Source of the DNA: Histomonas meleagridis 2922-C6/04-290x
Lineage: Eukaryota > Protista > Parabasalia
Assembly: GCA_020184695.1 (NCBI GenBank)
Contig: JAANOX010000239.1
Location: 31,884 to 95,883, forward strand
Reading direction: 5' to 3'
Length of the DNA stretch: 64,000 nt
The position numbers and the translations under genes are program-made. Position 1 is the first letter of the stretch. Each line of letters starts with the position of its first letter. Positions 1-10,374 of the stretch are shown one piece after another. A model generated the notes under the pieces. The model worked only from the letters and a program-made list of their open reading frames with translations, was not told where the DNA came from and made no database searches.

Positions 1-2
1 TT

Positions 3-1978
3 AAATATCTTATTATTGGTAATAATGTAAATGAAATTGGAAATAATGCTTTTTCAGATTGGGATATAATAAAAGTCGAAATTCATAATTCAACAACATT
101 AATAGATTCTTTTGCATTCTATAAATGTAAGAACTTAGAATTTGTAGTTATTGGAAGAAATGTTGAAATAATTGGTGATTCAGCATTTAATTTATGTTTA
201 AGATTAGAAACAATCAAAATTGGTGAAAATGTGAAAGAAATTAGAAAACATGCATTTATTGAATGTAACAAATTATTAGATATAGTATTTCCCAATTCAT
301 TAATATTAATTGGTGATGAAGCATTTTGTTTATGTTACAATTTAAAAACAGTAATATTTGAAAACTGTGAAGCAATAATTCAAAATTCTGTATTTATGAG
401 ATGTAAAAATTTAGAAAATATCGAATTAGGAAATAAAATATTAAGTATTGGTGAATATACTTTTCGTGAATGTTATAAATTACATAATATTACTTTACCA
501 GAAACTCTAAATTTTATTGGATCTGGTATTTTTTTTGAATGTAAATGTCTTGAAAATATAAATATATCCAAAAATAACCTTAACTATTCAAATTATAAAA
601 ATGATGGAGTTCTTTATAATAAAAATATTTCGACTATTGTTTGCTTTCCTGCAGGAAGAAATGGAACTTTTCAATTACCATTTTTTTAGTACAATCTATT
701 GAACAATATGGTTTATTTCTTTTTCAAGTTTGAATGATATTATTTATGGAGAAAAATTTAACATATATTGGTAATTTTTTTGCTTTTATTGTTGTTCAAA
801 ATTACATCATTTTACTATATCAAAATCGATATATTTTATTGGAATATGTGCTTTTTCTAAATGTATGAATTTTATCAATATATATGTATCTGATAATAAT
901 ACAAAATATTCAAACTATAAAAATGATGGAGTTCTTTATGATAAAAACATATCAGCTATCATCTTTTTTCCATCTGGAAGAACAGGTTCATTTAAAACGC
1001 CATATTCTATTAAATCGATAGAAGATTATGCTTTTAATGAATGTTCATTTCTTGATGAAATTACTTTATCTGATATTATTAAAATAGGAAATTATGCATT
1101 TTCTCGTTCTGGTATATTTAACATAACTATTCCAAAATCAACAATTCTTATTGGTATAGGACCATTTGTTGGATGTATTAATCTTCAAAATATTTTTTTG
1201 TTTCTAAAGATAATAAAAAAATATTCAAATTATAAAAAAATGATGGAGTACTTTATGATAAAAAAATATTTCGATTATCATAAGTTTTCCTGGTGGAAGA
1301 AATTCTATATTTGAAACGCCATACTCTGTTACTTCAATCGGAGATTTTTCATTTCAAGGATGCATGAATTTACAAGGGATTATTATTACAGAAAATGTTC
1401 AACACATTGGAGTGTATGCATTTTATAGTTGTATCAACATTAAATGTATATATTTTTTAGGACTATATGAACCAAATATTTCTTTAAAAGCTTTTTCAAA
1501 CTTTAAAAATAAAGTATTTACTTTATCTACATATCAAAACAAATCATTTGGAACTTTAGATATTTCAAAGGGATCAAATATAAAAGGATGTAATTTAAGG
1601 TTTAAAAAACAAAAACAAGAAAAAGAGTCTAATGAACCAAACACAAAAAATCCAAAGGGTTTTATCCAAAATAACATAAAAAATCTCACCAAAGTCAAAG
1701 AAAATGGAATTAGTAATTCAATGAAAATCATTTTTTCTATTTGCTTCTTAGTTTTTTTAGTAATAATTTCTTTATTACTTGTATATTATCTACATAAAAA
1801 ATCTTTAAATAAAATAAATACGCTTCCAAGTGAAAATGTAGAATCTGGAGATTATTCTCAAGTCTTAAATGAAACAGTCGTTAAAAAATTTGATATAAAT
1901 AACCTTCCAAACATTTCAGATGATCCATTTGCAGTTGATTTTGAGGAAAATAATTTCTTTGAACATAGAGTACTATAA
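3..1978 (+). CDS. BspA-like (TpLRR) leucine-rich-repeat surface protein, 5'-truncated by the window edge and broken by homopolymer frameshifts; C-terminal TM helix and short cytosolic tail
   Basis: TpLRR repeats (e.g. LENIELGNKILSIGEYTFRECYKLHNITLPETLNFIGSGIF) run through ORFs 231-689, 865-1314 and 1364-1978. The frame is open from nt 3. Breaks coincide with T/A runs near 683-690, 750-790, 1195-1265 and 1290-1310. TM segment IIFSICFLVFLVIISLLLVYYL. Confidence 0.8.
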
Positions 1979-2509
1979 ATAAAACCAAAAGTTTAAGGAT
2001 ATTTATAAATTTTTTCTCAAAATATTCAAGTGTTCTCCTTAAGCTTTAAATTCATTAGTGTGAACTTAAAATTTTTTTTATATATTTATCCTACATTTTT
2101 CATCCATGTAACATTAAATAAAATGTATTTTTATTATTAAACTTTAATTAAGCCAGATAGAAGTCATATCTAACTTAAAATTAGCATTATTTGGATAGGT
2201 ATTTTTTGCAATATCATTCAATCCATAAATTATTGATCTTTGAGAGTGTAAAAATAATATCACAAGAACAACATCACATGCTGTAAGTTCTTTGAGATAT
2301 AATGTAAAGTGTCAATCAAAGGTGTTACCAACAACCAAAAGTTCCTTGATATCTCATAGTTTCAATATGGTAATGCATTAAACCTTGTTGATATCCCAAA
2401 GCATTTTCCATACCAAAGGAGACCATAGCTCCATTAGCGATGGGTTGAATGTGATACGACCATTGCCAGTTAACGTAGCTAATGATTGTGGTTTTGTGAC
2501 ATAATGTAT

Positions 2510-2516
2510 AACGGTT
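2510..2516 (+). promoter_or_regulatory. Possible trichomonad M3-like core promoter motif (AACGGTT)
   Basis: AACGGTT about 50 nt upstream of the GH13 ATG. It matches the T. vaginalis M3 consensus but is short, so it may be chance. Confidence 0.3.
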
Positions 2517-2568
2517 TTAATTTAAATTTTCAATACAAAACGATCAAAAAATTATACACTTTTTAGGA

Positions 2569-4494
2569 ATGCTAAAGATTGAACCTCCTTTTTGGTGGGC
2601 AGGTATGAAAGACAAAGAATGCCAGCTCATGATATATGGTGAAGGAATTTCAAAGTACACCAATATTGAAATAAGTAATCCAAATATTAAAATTTTAAGC
2701 ATTGTCACATTAACCAGTCCAAACTACTTGATTATATACATTGACACATCGCTTTCAGGTCCATGCAAATTTACAATAAAGTTATCGTCCAATACAGAAA
2801 TATCATTTGAAATCGAATATGAACTCAAACAAAGACAACATAGAGATAACCCCAAAGGGTTTAGTTCATCAGATGTTTTATATCTTATTATGGTTGATCG
2901 ATTTTCCAAAGGGCGTAGTATTGATTATGGTGATCTAGAAATCCCTAAAAAAGAAGAAGAAGAAGAATCAAATGCCAACAGTGATGAAGCTAATGATGAG
3001 TCCGAAGAGCAAATAACAGAACAAGAAACATCAGAAAACATCAAAGAAGAATCCACGCCATTCCATGATCCAAACTTCCCTTCTATCCACAGCCAATACA
3101 CTGTTAACAGGAATGATCCTGACTCACGTCATGGTGGTGACTTTCAAGGAATCATTGATCATCTTGATTATCTTTCCGATTTAGGTGTAACAGCTTTATG
3201 GCTTACACCTGTTTTTACTAATGATATGCCCGGAGGGTCATACCATGGATATGCTTCCACCGATTTTTATCACACTGATCCTCGGTTTGGCAGCATCAAC
3301 GATTTTTGTTCACTTATCTCGTCAGCGCATCAAAAGGGCATCAAAATCGTCATGGACCAAGTGTTCAATCATTGCGGCTCTAAACATGTTTGGCGTATTG
3401 ATACTCCTTCGCGTGATTGGTTTAACTTTCCTGATTCCAAAGTCCAAACCACGCATGAGATTCCTGTTCTTTTATCTCCATATTCAAGTGAGATCGATAA
3501 GCGCGAATTTAATGATGGTTTCTTTGTTGAGGCTATGCCTGATTTAAATCAACGTAATGTTCATCTTAAGAAATATCTTATTCAGAATAGTATTTGGTGG
3601 ATAGAAAATTGTTGTCTTGATGGTATTCGTCAAGATACATATCCATATTGTGATCAATCTATGATGTGTGAATGGGTATCACATATTGAGGATGAATATC
3701 CTTGGTTTAATATAGTCGGAGAATGTTGGGTTGAGAATACATTAGGATCAGCATGTTGGCAACGCGGTAGTAATCACTTTAGTCCAATACGAAGTAATCT
3801 TCGTACTGTTATGGATTTTTCATTTACAAAACTTATCCATGACGCAACACATAATGAAACTGATCATGATAATGGCCTTTGGTTATTATATCGTCTCCTT
3901 AATTATGATTTTATTTATCCCGATATAAAACATGTTTTAAGATTTTTGGATAACCATGATACAAATCGATTCTTAATCGAAACACCAAAAGATCTTTTTG
4001 CTTATAAAATCGGGGTGACATTATTACTTACGTTACCAGGTATACCACAATTATATTACGGAACTGAGATTTTAATGTCCGGCGTAAAAAATATCTCCGA
4101 TGGGTACGTTCGAAAAGATTTTCCTGGTGGATGGAAAACAGATAAAATAAATTGCTTCGATGAAAATGGAAGAAATGATTTACAAAATGAAGCATTCGAT
4201 TTTATAAGAAATTTGTTGAAATGGAGAAAAGGTAAAAAAGTAATTGCAAAGGGAGAAATGAAACATTTTAGAGTAACAAATGGTATATACGTATACGAAA
4301 GAAAATATAAAAAAGATAAAGTGATTGTAATATGTAATGGAACAAGTGAAACAAAGAAAATGTTGTTAGAGAGATATAACGAGGTCTTAGGTGACGTGGA
4401 AAAGGCAACGGATGTAATTACAAAGAAAGTAATAGAGTTGAATGAAAAGGAACTTGTCTTGGAACCCAAACAATTACTAGTTTTGGAAATTTAA
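2569..4494 (+). CDS. Glycoside hydrolase family 13 cyclomaltodextrinase/neopullulanase (SusA-like), bacterial-type, with an acidic insertion
   Basis: N-terminal IEPPFWWAGM (Cyc-maltodext_N-like), RHGGDFQGIIDHLDYLSDLGVTALWLTP, YHGY, catalytic regions GIRQDT (Asp), VGECW (Glu) and FLDNHD (Asp). Confidence 0.9.
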   Translation: MLKIEPPFWWAGMKDKECQLMIYGEGISKYTNIEISNPNIKILSIVTLTSPNYLIIYIDTSLSGPCKFTIKLSSNTEISFEIEYELKQRQHRDNPKGFSSSDVLYLIMVDRFSKGRSIDYGDLEIPKKEEEEESNANSDEANDESEEQITEQETSENIKEESTPFHDPNFPSIHSQYTVNRNDPDSRHGGDFQGIIDHLDYLSDLGVTALWLTPVFTNDMPGGSYHGYASTDFYHTDPRFGSINDFCSLISSAHQKGIKIVMDQVFNHCGSKHVWRIDTPSRDWFNFPDSKVQTTHEIPVLLSPYSSEIDKREFNDGFFVEAMPDLNQRNVHLKKYLIQNSIWWIENCCLDGIRQDTYPYCDQSMMCEWVSHIEDEYPWFNIVGECWVENTLGSACWQRGSNHFSPIRSNLRTVMDFSFTKLIHDATHNETDHDNGLWLLYRLLNYDFIYPDIKHVLRFLDNHDTNRFLIETPKDLFAYKIGVTLLLTLPGIPQLYYGTEILMSGVKNISDGYVRKDFPGGWKTDKINCFDENGRNDLQNEAFDFIRNLLKWRKGKKVIAKGEMKHFRVTNGIYVYERKYKKDKVIVICNGTSETKKMLLERYNEVLGDVEKATDVITKKVIELNEKELVLEPKQLLVLEI

Positions 4495-4937
4495 TGAAAA
4501 AAATCGTTTTACATGAAATGAAAGTAGTAAAATGTTTTATCTTTGATCTGTTGAAAATTAAACTTTATAACAAATACACTCATCATTGGGCGAAAATAAG
4601 ATAAAAAGAAGAATTTTATTATGTGTTAAAATATAGGTTTTGTTATGCACAAAAAAATATTATGTTAAATATCAATTTTATGCTTTTTTTTGAACCAGTT
4701 GAAACAAAGAATTGATTCAACTTTTTCAAATGTTTATTACATACTATCAATTTTTGAGAGTTGAAGTTGAATGAGATTTCGAATAATCTTTCGAAAAGTG
4801 CCCACGAAATTCATAACGAAGATTAGAAGCACTTTTGAATGCGTTTCAATTACTTTTGTGTGATTTGATCGGTCAAGATCAGAATTTTTGGCTTTTTAAA
4901 TGGGGGTCAGGTTGTGGGAGGCATAAAGCTTTAACAC

Positions 4938-5216
4938 ATGTCTGCTCCTGTTTCAGACCTCATTTGCGAGCTTCATTATGATATAGAAAAATACTCATTT
5001 GACCAATGCAAATCTTTTATCCAAGAAACATTAAAATCAAGACCAAAAGTTGTCCTTGGACAAAAAGTTTTAAAGATTAATTTTAAGACAGGTTATCCTG
5101 ACAAAAAGGGTGATCAACCATCTCTCCAAGAGCAAGTTATAAATTACTGCAAAGAATTAGGGTTCAATGCTCAACAAGATCAATATAACCATAAAGTTGT
5201 TCAAGTTAAACTCTAA
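4938..5216 (+). CDS. Small 92-aa protein, possibly a stand-alone Smr-like domain
   Basis: ATG-initiated ORF ending TAAA. The beta-alpha-beta-alpha-beta pattern (ELHYD...INFKTG...LQEQVINYCKELGF...YNHKVVQVKL) resembles Smr domains by eye. Confidence 0.5.
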   Translation: MSAPVSDLICELHYDIEKYSFDQCKSFIQETLKSRPKVVLGQKVLKINFKTGYPDKKGDQPSLQEQVINYCKELGFNAQQDQYNHKVVQVKL

Positions 5217-5640
5217 ATAAATAAAAACTTAAATTTAAAGAAATGTCAAATCATCCTTCTAAATAATAATTATTTGATTGATTAAATTCAATTAGATTTG
5301 AACTTCTATTTTCGAAAGTATAACTTCTGTGATTATCAACACCTTGAAGTCCTGATGTGGTTCACATTGCAAAGTGCCTTGGAACATTTTTAGATTAGAT
5401 TTCGAAATCAGAAAATATCAAGAACCAAATAAGTTGTCATCAAGCTTAACTGATACAAAGATTTCATTGAAAATATGCAAATGAAAAACAAAAATTTTTA
5501 TTTGATGATTTGATTCTAAAATCAAATGTTTCAATTTAAATTGTTTTGAATGCTTCGTGTGTGTGCGATTCTATAAACTTTACATTAAGTATAGTGTAAG
5601 GTTAAAATAATTGATCAAAAAACGAAATTTAAATCAAGGT

Positions 5641-6483
5641 TTATTGTTTGCTGATAATGAGTATGCCACTTATATCAAATCTTTTAAGGTAAATTGACAG
5701 GTTATTTATGTGATTTGTTCCAGTCATTACAAATTTGAAATATCTATAATATCCAGGATCTGAAACTTTGAAGGTTGCCACAGCGTCCTCCCTTTCAAGG
5801 TCTTTATTTGATGCCTGTGTATCAAGGTTTATCTTGAAATTACTTTTATCATTTGATCCATATAATGCCCATGAAGAAGGACCTCCTTGTGCCTTTTGGT
5901 TGAGTTTTGGTGGTCCCCATAATGTGTATGAAGTTAATTTAACCTTTAAAAAGTGTGGGAGTCCAATGATAATTGATGTATTTTGACTTGGAGAAGAGAC
6001 AAAATAAGATGTTTCTTTGAAATCAAAGAGGTTAAGAATGTCGAATTCCTTCTTTGACGAAGGGTTGGAAGCCTCAGCAAATATCAAATTGTATTGTAAT
6101 GGATTTAAATATTCTTGAGAACCACCAGATGTTGCAATCTTTTCTATAATATTCTCAACAATGAGGTCGGATTCATTTTGTGTTGAAGGAGATGCAATTG
6201 CTGATATATACTTTAGTAATTGTTCCTTAAAAAGTGTTGGAGTCAAAACTAAATTTGCGCGTAATTGAAGAAGAAGTTCATCTTGTCTGCGGATCCAACT
6301 TTTAAGAATATTAACAGCGAATTCATCTGGTAACCAAGTTGCATCTTGAACGAGCTTAATTTGATAGATGTCAAAATTCATAAAATTAATTGATTGGCAT
6401 GCATTAGCTCCTTCTTCGACTGTCATTTCTTTCTTGACAACCTTACCGTTAATTTCCTTAAAGTTCTCGAAGTCAGAGCTCAT
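5641..6483 (-). CDS. Hypothetical protein with a C-terminal F5/8 type C (discoidin/galactose-binding)-like domain
   Basis: C-terminus LTSYTL...PSSWALYGSND...YYRYFKFVMTG...LKRFDISG. Likely ATG at 6483 (MSSDFENF); the ORF track starts upstream at 6552. Confidence 0.65.
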   Translation of the reverse strand: MSSDFENFKEINGKVVKKEMTVEEGANACQSINFMNFDIYQIKLVQDATWLPDEFAVNILKSWIRRQDELLLQLRANLVLTPTLFKEQLLKYISAIASPSTQNESDLIVENIIEKIATSGGSQEYLNPLQYNLIFAEASNPSSKKEFDILNLFDFKETSYFVSSPSQNTSIIIGLPHFLKVKLTSYTLWGPPKLNQKAQGGPSSWALYGSNDKSNFKINLDTQASNKDLEREDAVATFKVSDPGYYRYFKFVMTGTNHINNLSIYLKRFDISGILIISKQ

Positions 6484-6583
6484 GAGCAAAGTGCTAATCT
6501 GAACAAAGCTTGACAAATATGAGAAGACTTTTTTTGAAAAGAAAACGATCATAAATTGTGTACAGTAACCAAGCTAAAGGAAG

Positions 6584-7066
6584 ATGAATGCAATGTATAA
6601 AATATATCAACCAACTCCACCAAAACAATACCCGCCTTCATCAATTCCTCCAAGGGGATGGAGGCCTCTCAGAAATCCAATTAGTTTACCTCAAAATAAT
6701 ACAGAAAAAACTCCAAGTTCACCTGTATTAAATGAAATGTTAACATTCGAGCCACACTTACCTGTCGTTGAACAACTTCGCGCTGCTGCTGAAAAAAATT
6801 TAATCAAAAATCAATTAGCAATAGAACATCAAGAAAGAATTGACTTTTTTAAGGCAATAGTTACACCTCCAGACACACTCGAAATTCCAAGTGATCCAGT
6901 AATAGAACAAATGCAACCGATTTCAATACATTGTGATCCATTAACACAAGAATTCACAGGAACAATGTTTTCAGTCAAAGAAACAGAACCAACACAACCA
7001 ACTTCTGATGTTCAGGAAGATGAAGTTGTTTCAATGAGATTAATTAAGAATCCCAATCAGATGTGA
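6584..7066 (+). CDS. Hypothetical proline-rich protein (160 aa)
   Basis: Uninterrupted ATG ORF, divergent from the preceding gene across about 100 bp. Confidence 0.6.
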   Translation: MNAMYKIYQPTPPKQYPPSSIPPRGWRPLRNPISLPQNNTEKTPSSPVLNEMLTFEPHLPVVEQLRAAAEKNLIKNQLAIEHQERIDFFKAIVTPPDTLEIPSDPVIEQMQPISIHCDPLTQEFTGTMFSVKETEPTQPTSDVQEDEVVSMRLIKNPNQM

Positions 7067-7218
7067 CAATGGCAATAAATGTTTTTGTTTTCCATCTATC
7101 TATAAAAATAGTTTTTTTTTAGTATTTCTTGTTTATCCTAATATAAAATTTTCTTCCAAATGAAGAGCCCGTTTATTTTTCAATAAAATACGTTGGGACC
7201 TTAACGTACTCACCGGGA

Positions 7219-9525
7219 ATGAATGAAAAAAAGAACGCAAAGGAATCATTATTAACAAATAACAACTCAAATGCTGACACCCAGCAAAAAGAAGCTAGTG
7301 ATAAAAGGAAAAGACATCGTAATCAAAAAGATCTTCCTAATGAAAAAAATCAAAACATAAAAAACACTAATGATATAAATAAAAAGAAAGAAGAAAACCA
7401 AAGAAAATCAAAAAACGAAGAAACAAGACAAAAAACAAATTCTTCAAACAATCAAAATAATGAAAAGAAAGGAAAACCACAGGAAAAAAGCAAACCATCA
7501 CAAAATGAAAAGAAACAAAATGACAAAGGTATTAAAGTAATTCCAAAAGAAAATAACAAAATTCAGAATGAAAAAAAATTAGAAAAATCTCCACAACAGA
7601 ACACTCCCAAAGATCAAAATGAAAGACGCCATGGGAAAACTTTAGGGTCAATCCCAAAACCCAATGAACAAGAACTAAAATCAAAAAATGCTGAAACAGA
7701 AAAAATTAGTTCTCGTCGCCCCAACAAAAATGCGACACTTCCTCCACCAAAAACAAATGATTCGCCCATGGACACATATCGCAGACGGAAAAACAAGATT
7801 TCAATTGATGAATATAATCCAGAGTCACCAACTCCAATCACAGAAGAGACATCTCTCGAAGCCATGAGGAACCTTGGGATTGAAAAAGAAGAGATCATTT
7901 TACCAAGACCACGAGAATTACATTCACTTGACAAAGAACTTCGTGAATTAGTTCTTGACCATGAAAAGAAACGAATTAATAAACTTATTGCCAAAATCAA
8001 ACAAGAAAGGAAGCGAATAATTGAAGCAGCGCAAGATGAAGCAAAACGATCTGCAAATGCATCACCAGATTCATCTATGGAGAAAGAAAGGATTTCGATG
8101 ATCAAAATGGAACAAGAACAGCTTCAAAAGATACAAAGTCGTCACAAACGAGAAGTAGAACAAATAATTGCCAACTTATTAACATATCAATTGATGCAAA
8201 AAGAAGCAGAAGAAAGAGACTTAGCGGAAGCAGAGAAACAAGAACGAATATCAGAAGAACGAAGGAAAAAGCGCGAAAATGATCAGAAAAGACATCTACA
8301 GCATTTACGCGAAATGGAAGAAAGGGAAAAAGAGAATCAGAAAAAAGAAAATGAAATGCGACAAGCGCAATATGAAAAAGAACAGAATCAAATGAAAATG
8401 CAACAACAACTTCGAGAAGAAAAAGTTCGTAAATTACGAGAACAAGAAAGAATGAAGAATGAAAAAGCAGAACAAAATCGTGAAGAATTACGGAAAAGAG
8501 AAAAAGTTAAACAAGATATGATACAAGAAAAGGAAAATCAAATGCAAAAACGAGAAGAAAGAAGATTACAAACACTTCGTGAAGAAAATGAGAAGAAAAT
8601 GAAAGAGAAACAAATAGCTCAAGAGAAAAAGCAAAAACTTATTGAAGAAACGCGGAAAAACGAAAGAGAAATATTAGAAAATAAAAGACGTATTGTTGAA
8701 GACAAAGAAAAACAACGCGAAAAACAAATGCAACAATATAAAATTAGACAACAAGAAGAACGAGATCAATATCATAAGCAACAAGAAGATAAAATCAAAA
8801 GATATTCCGAAATGAGGGATACACTTGAACGAGAAATGATGGACAAAAAAGCAAAATCGATAACAACTAATGAGAAAATTGCTGAACGACTTCTCAAGCG
8901 CGAAAAAATGAATGAAGAAAGATCTACAAATGCACGTCTTCAAATCGGTAATATAGCTGAACGAAGACTTAAAAAAGAAGAAGAAATTCGACAAATGCAA
9001 TTAAGGAGACAACAAAAAATGCATGAGCAACAATTAGAAAAAGAAAAATATATACAATTCGTGAATTATAATAAAGAAAAAGAAAGAGCTAAAAGATCAA
9101 CATTGATTCGATTAAAAATGGAAGAAAAAGAAAGAAATGCAAAACATATCGAACGACAAAGACAAATAAAACTTGAAGAAATGAATAAAAGACTTCAAGA
9201 GAAAAGTGAACAAATCGAACAACAAAAATCAATGAAAGATAAAATTCATCAAATTAGAAAATATAAATTAGAGCAATTGGAAATAAAGAAAGAACAAATG
9301 AATGATCAATTAAATGAATTCTTGGTTAAAAATGTGGTTAATCAAGACGAATTAAGAAAGTTGGCTGATCAATATGATATAGATTTCGATGAGATACAGT
9401 CAAGAGTAAATCAAAGAAGAAGAAATACTAAGATAAGCCCTGAAAATACATCGAGATTAGGGGATAGTTTGCCGCCAGTAATAATTTCGCCAAAGCAAAC
9501 AACGCCTCCTTTGAAGCCTCATTAA
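7219..9525 (+). CDS. Large charged coiled-coil (trichohyalin-like) protein, possibly cytoskeletal or flagellar
   Basis: 768-aa ORF with a long E/K/Q/R-rich helical region and a low-complexity N/K-rich N-terminus. Confidence 0.75.
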   Translation: MNEKKNAKESLLTNNNSNADTQQKEASDKRKRHRNQKDLPNEKNQNIKNTNDINKKKEENQRKSKNEETRQKTNSSNNQNNEKKGKPQEKSKPSQNEKKQNDKGIKVIPKENNKIQNEKKLEKSPQQNTPKDQNERRHGKTLGSIPKPNEQELKSKNAETEKISSRRPNKNATLPPPKTNDSPMDTYRRRKNKISIDEYNPESPTPITEETSLEAMRNLGIEKEEIILPRPRELHSLDKELRELVLDHEKKRINKLIAKIKQERKRIIEAAQDEAKRSANASPDSSMEKERISMIKMEQEQLQKIQSRHKREVEQIIANLLTYQLMQKEAEERDLAEAEKQERISEERRKKRENDQKRHLQHLREMEEREKENQKKENEMRQAQYEKEQNQMKMQQQLREEKVRKLREQERMKNEKAEQNREELRKREKVKQDMIQEKENQMQKREERRLQTLREENEKKMKEKQIAQEKKQKLIEETRKNEREILENKRRIVEDKEKQREKQMQQYKIRQQEERDQYHKQQEDKIKRYSEMRDTLEREMMDKKAKSITTNEKIAERLLKREKMNEERSTNARLQIGNIAERRLKKEEEIRQMQLRRQQKMHEQQLEKEKYIQFVNYNKEKERAKRSTLIRLKMEEKERNAKHIERQRQIKLEEMNKRLQEKSEQIEQQKSMKDKIHQIRKYKLEQLEIKKEQMNDQLNEFLVKNVVNQDELRKLADQYDIDFDEIQSRVNQRRRNTKISPENTSRLGDSLPPVIISPKQTTPPLKPH

Positions 9526-9739
9526 GAGAAAAAAACAAAATTTTATGTAAATAACATGTTATATTCTATTATTTTGTCACATAATTTTGTTTTATAAAGA
9601 ATTAATTTGTTTATACAAGTTGAATACAAACAAATTTGTTTTCAGTATAGTCTTAAAATGTTACTTTTTAATACAAATCTTGCTATAATCTTATCTAAAA
9701 TTGCAAGTGTTTAAAATTTTCATCTCAGAATAATTATTG

Positions 9740-10210
9740 GGTAACAACTCAATTGTTACAGGGAATACATTGATTTTTTATATAAATATATTTCAGGGAT
9801 TACCTTCTTTGTAACTGTATCTCTTTTTGATTGTAATGTTTTTGAGCTGATTGTAAAGAAATCAAATTTGAGAAATCCAAATAATAACCTGTTAAATCAA
9901 GAAGAGCATCAACACCAAAAGTACCATAAGTAGTACCATTTGAGTATTTAGTTTCTACAAATTTGTTTTAACATATGAAATTTTTTGTGGAAAATTCATG
10001 CCTATCGTTGTCATTTTTACAATTTATAAAATCATTATTATTAGGAACTTTAATACTAAATATTCTTCCTGATTTCAACATATTTTCATTGTCAGTGGTA
10101 TCATGAATTGATTTATTTAATCTGATAATCACAGGAATACCTTTTCCCCTTCAACAATATGATTTGTAACACTGTTAACAGTTTTGTTAATATTATAATT
10201 AATGTTCTGA
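9740..10210 (-). pseudogene. Degraded coding remnant
   Basis: Manual minus-strand translation gives protein-like segments (NYNINKTVNSVTNHIVEG; GKGIPVIIRLNKSIHDTTDNENMLKSGRIFSIKVP; TYGTFGVDALLDLTGYYLDFSNL) broken by a frameshift and stops. Confidence 0.3.
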
Positions 10211-10374
10211 TATTAGCGAAATAAATATAACAAAATGTAAAGGTAATTTTTTATTATGCTTGCATGGATGTTTTATATGGCTGAAACGATTCATATTATC
10301 TTAATCTTTTGGGGTTTTTATATGACACTTTTGATTGACTTTTTGAATGGCACAAGTTTTCTGCATAAGTTGAA

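Noticed and set aside
683-1320. Programmed frameshifting or phase variation in the BspA gene
   Set aside because: The breaks fall in T or A homopolymers, the signature of long-read indel errors. They cannot be told apart from biology without raw reads.
2160-2500. Possible minus-strand gene remnant
   Set aside because: Only short broken frames, with no recognisable family.
5230-5480. Coding-like minus-strand fragment
   Set aside because: Short, interrupted, no motif recognised.
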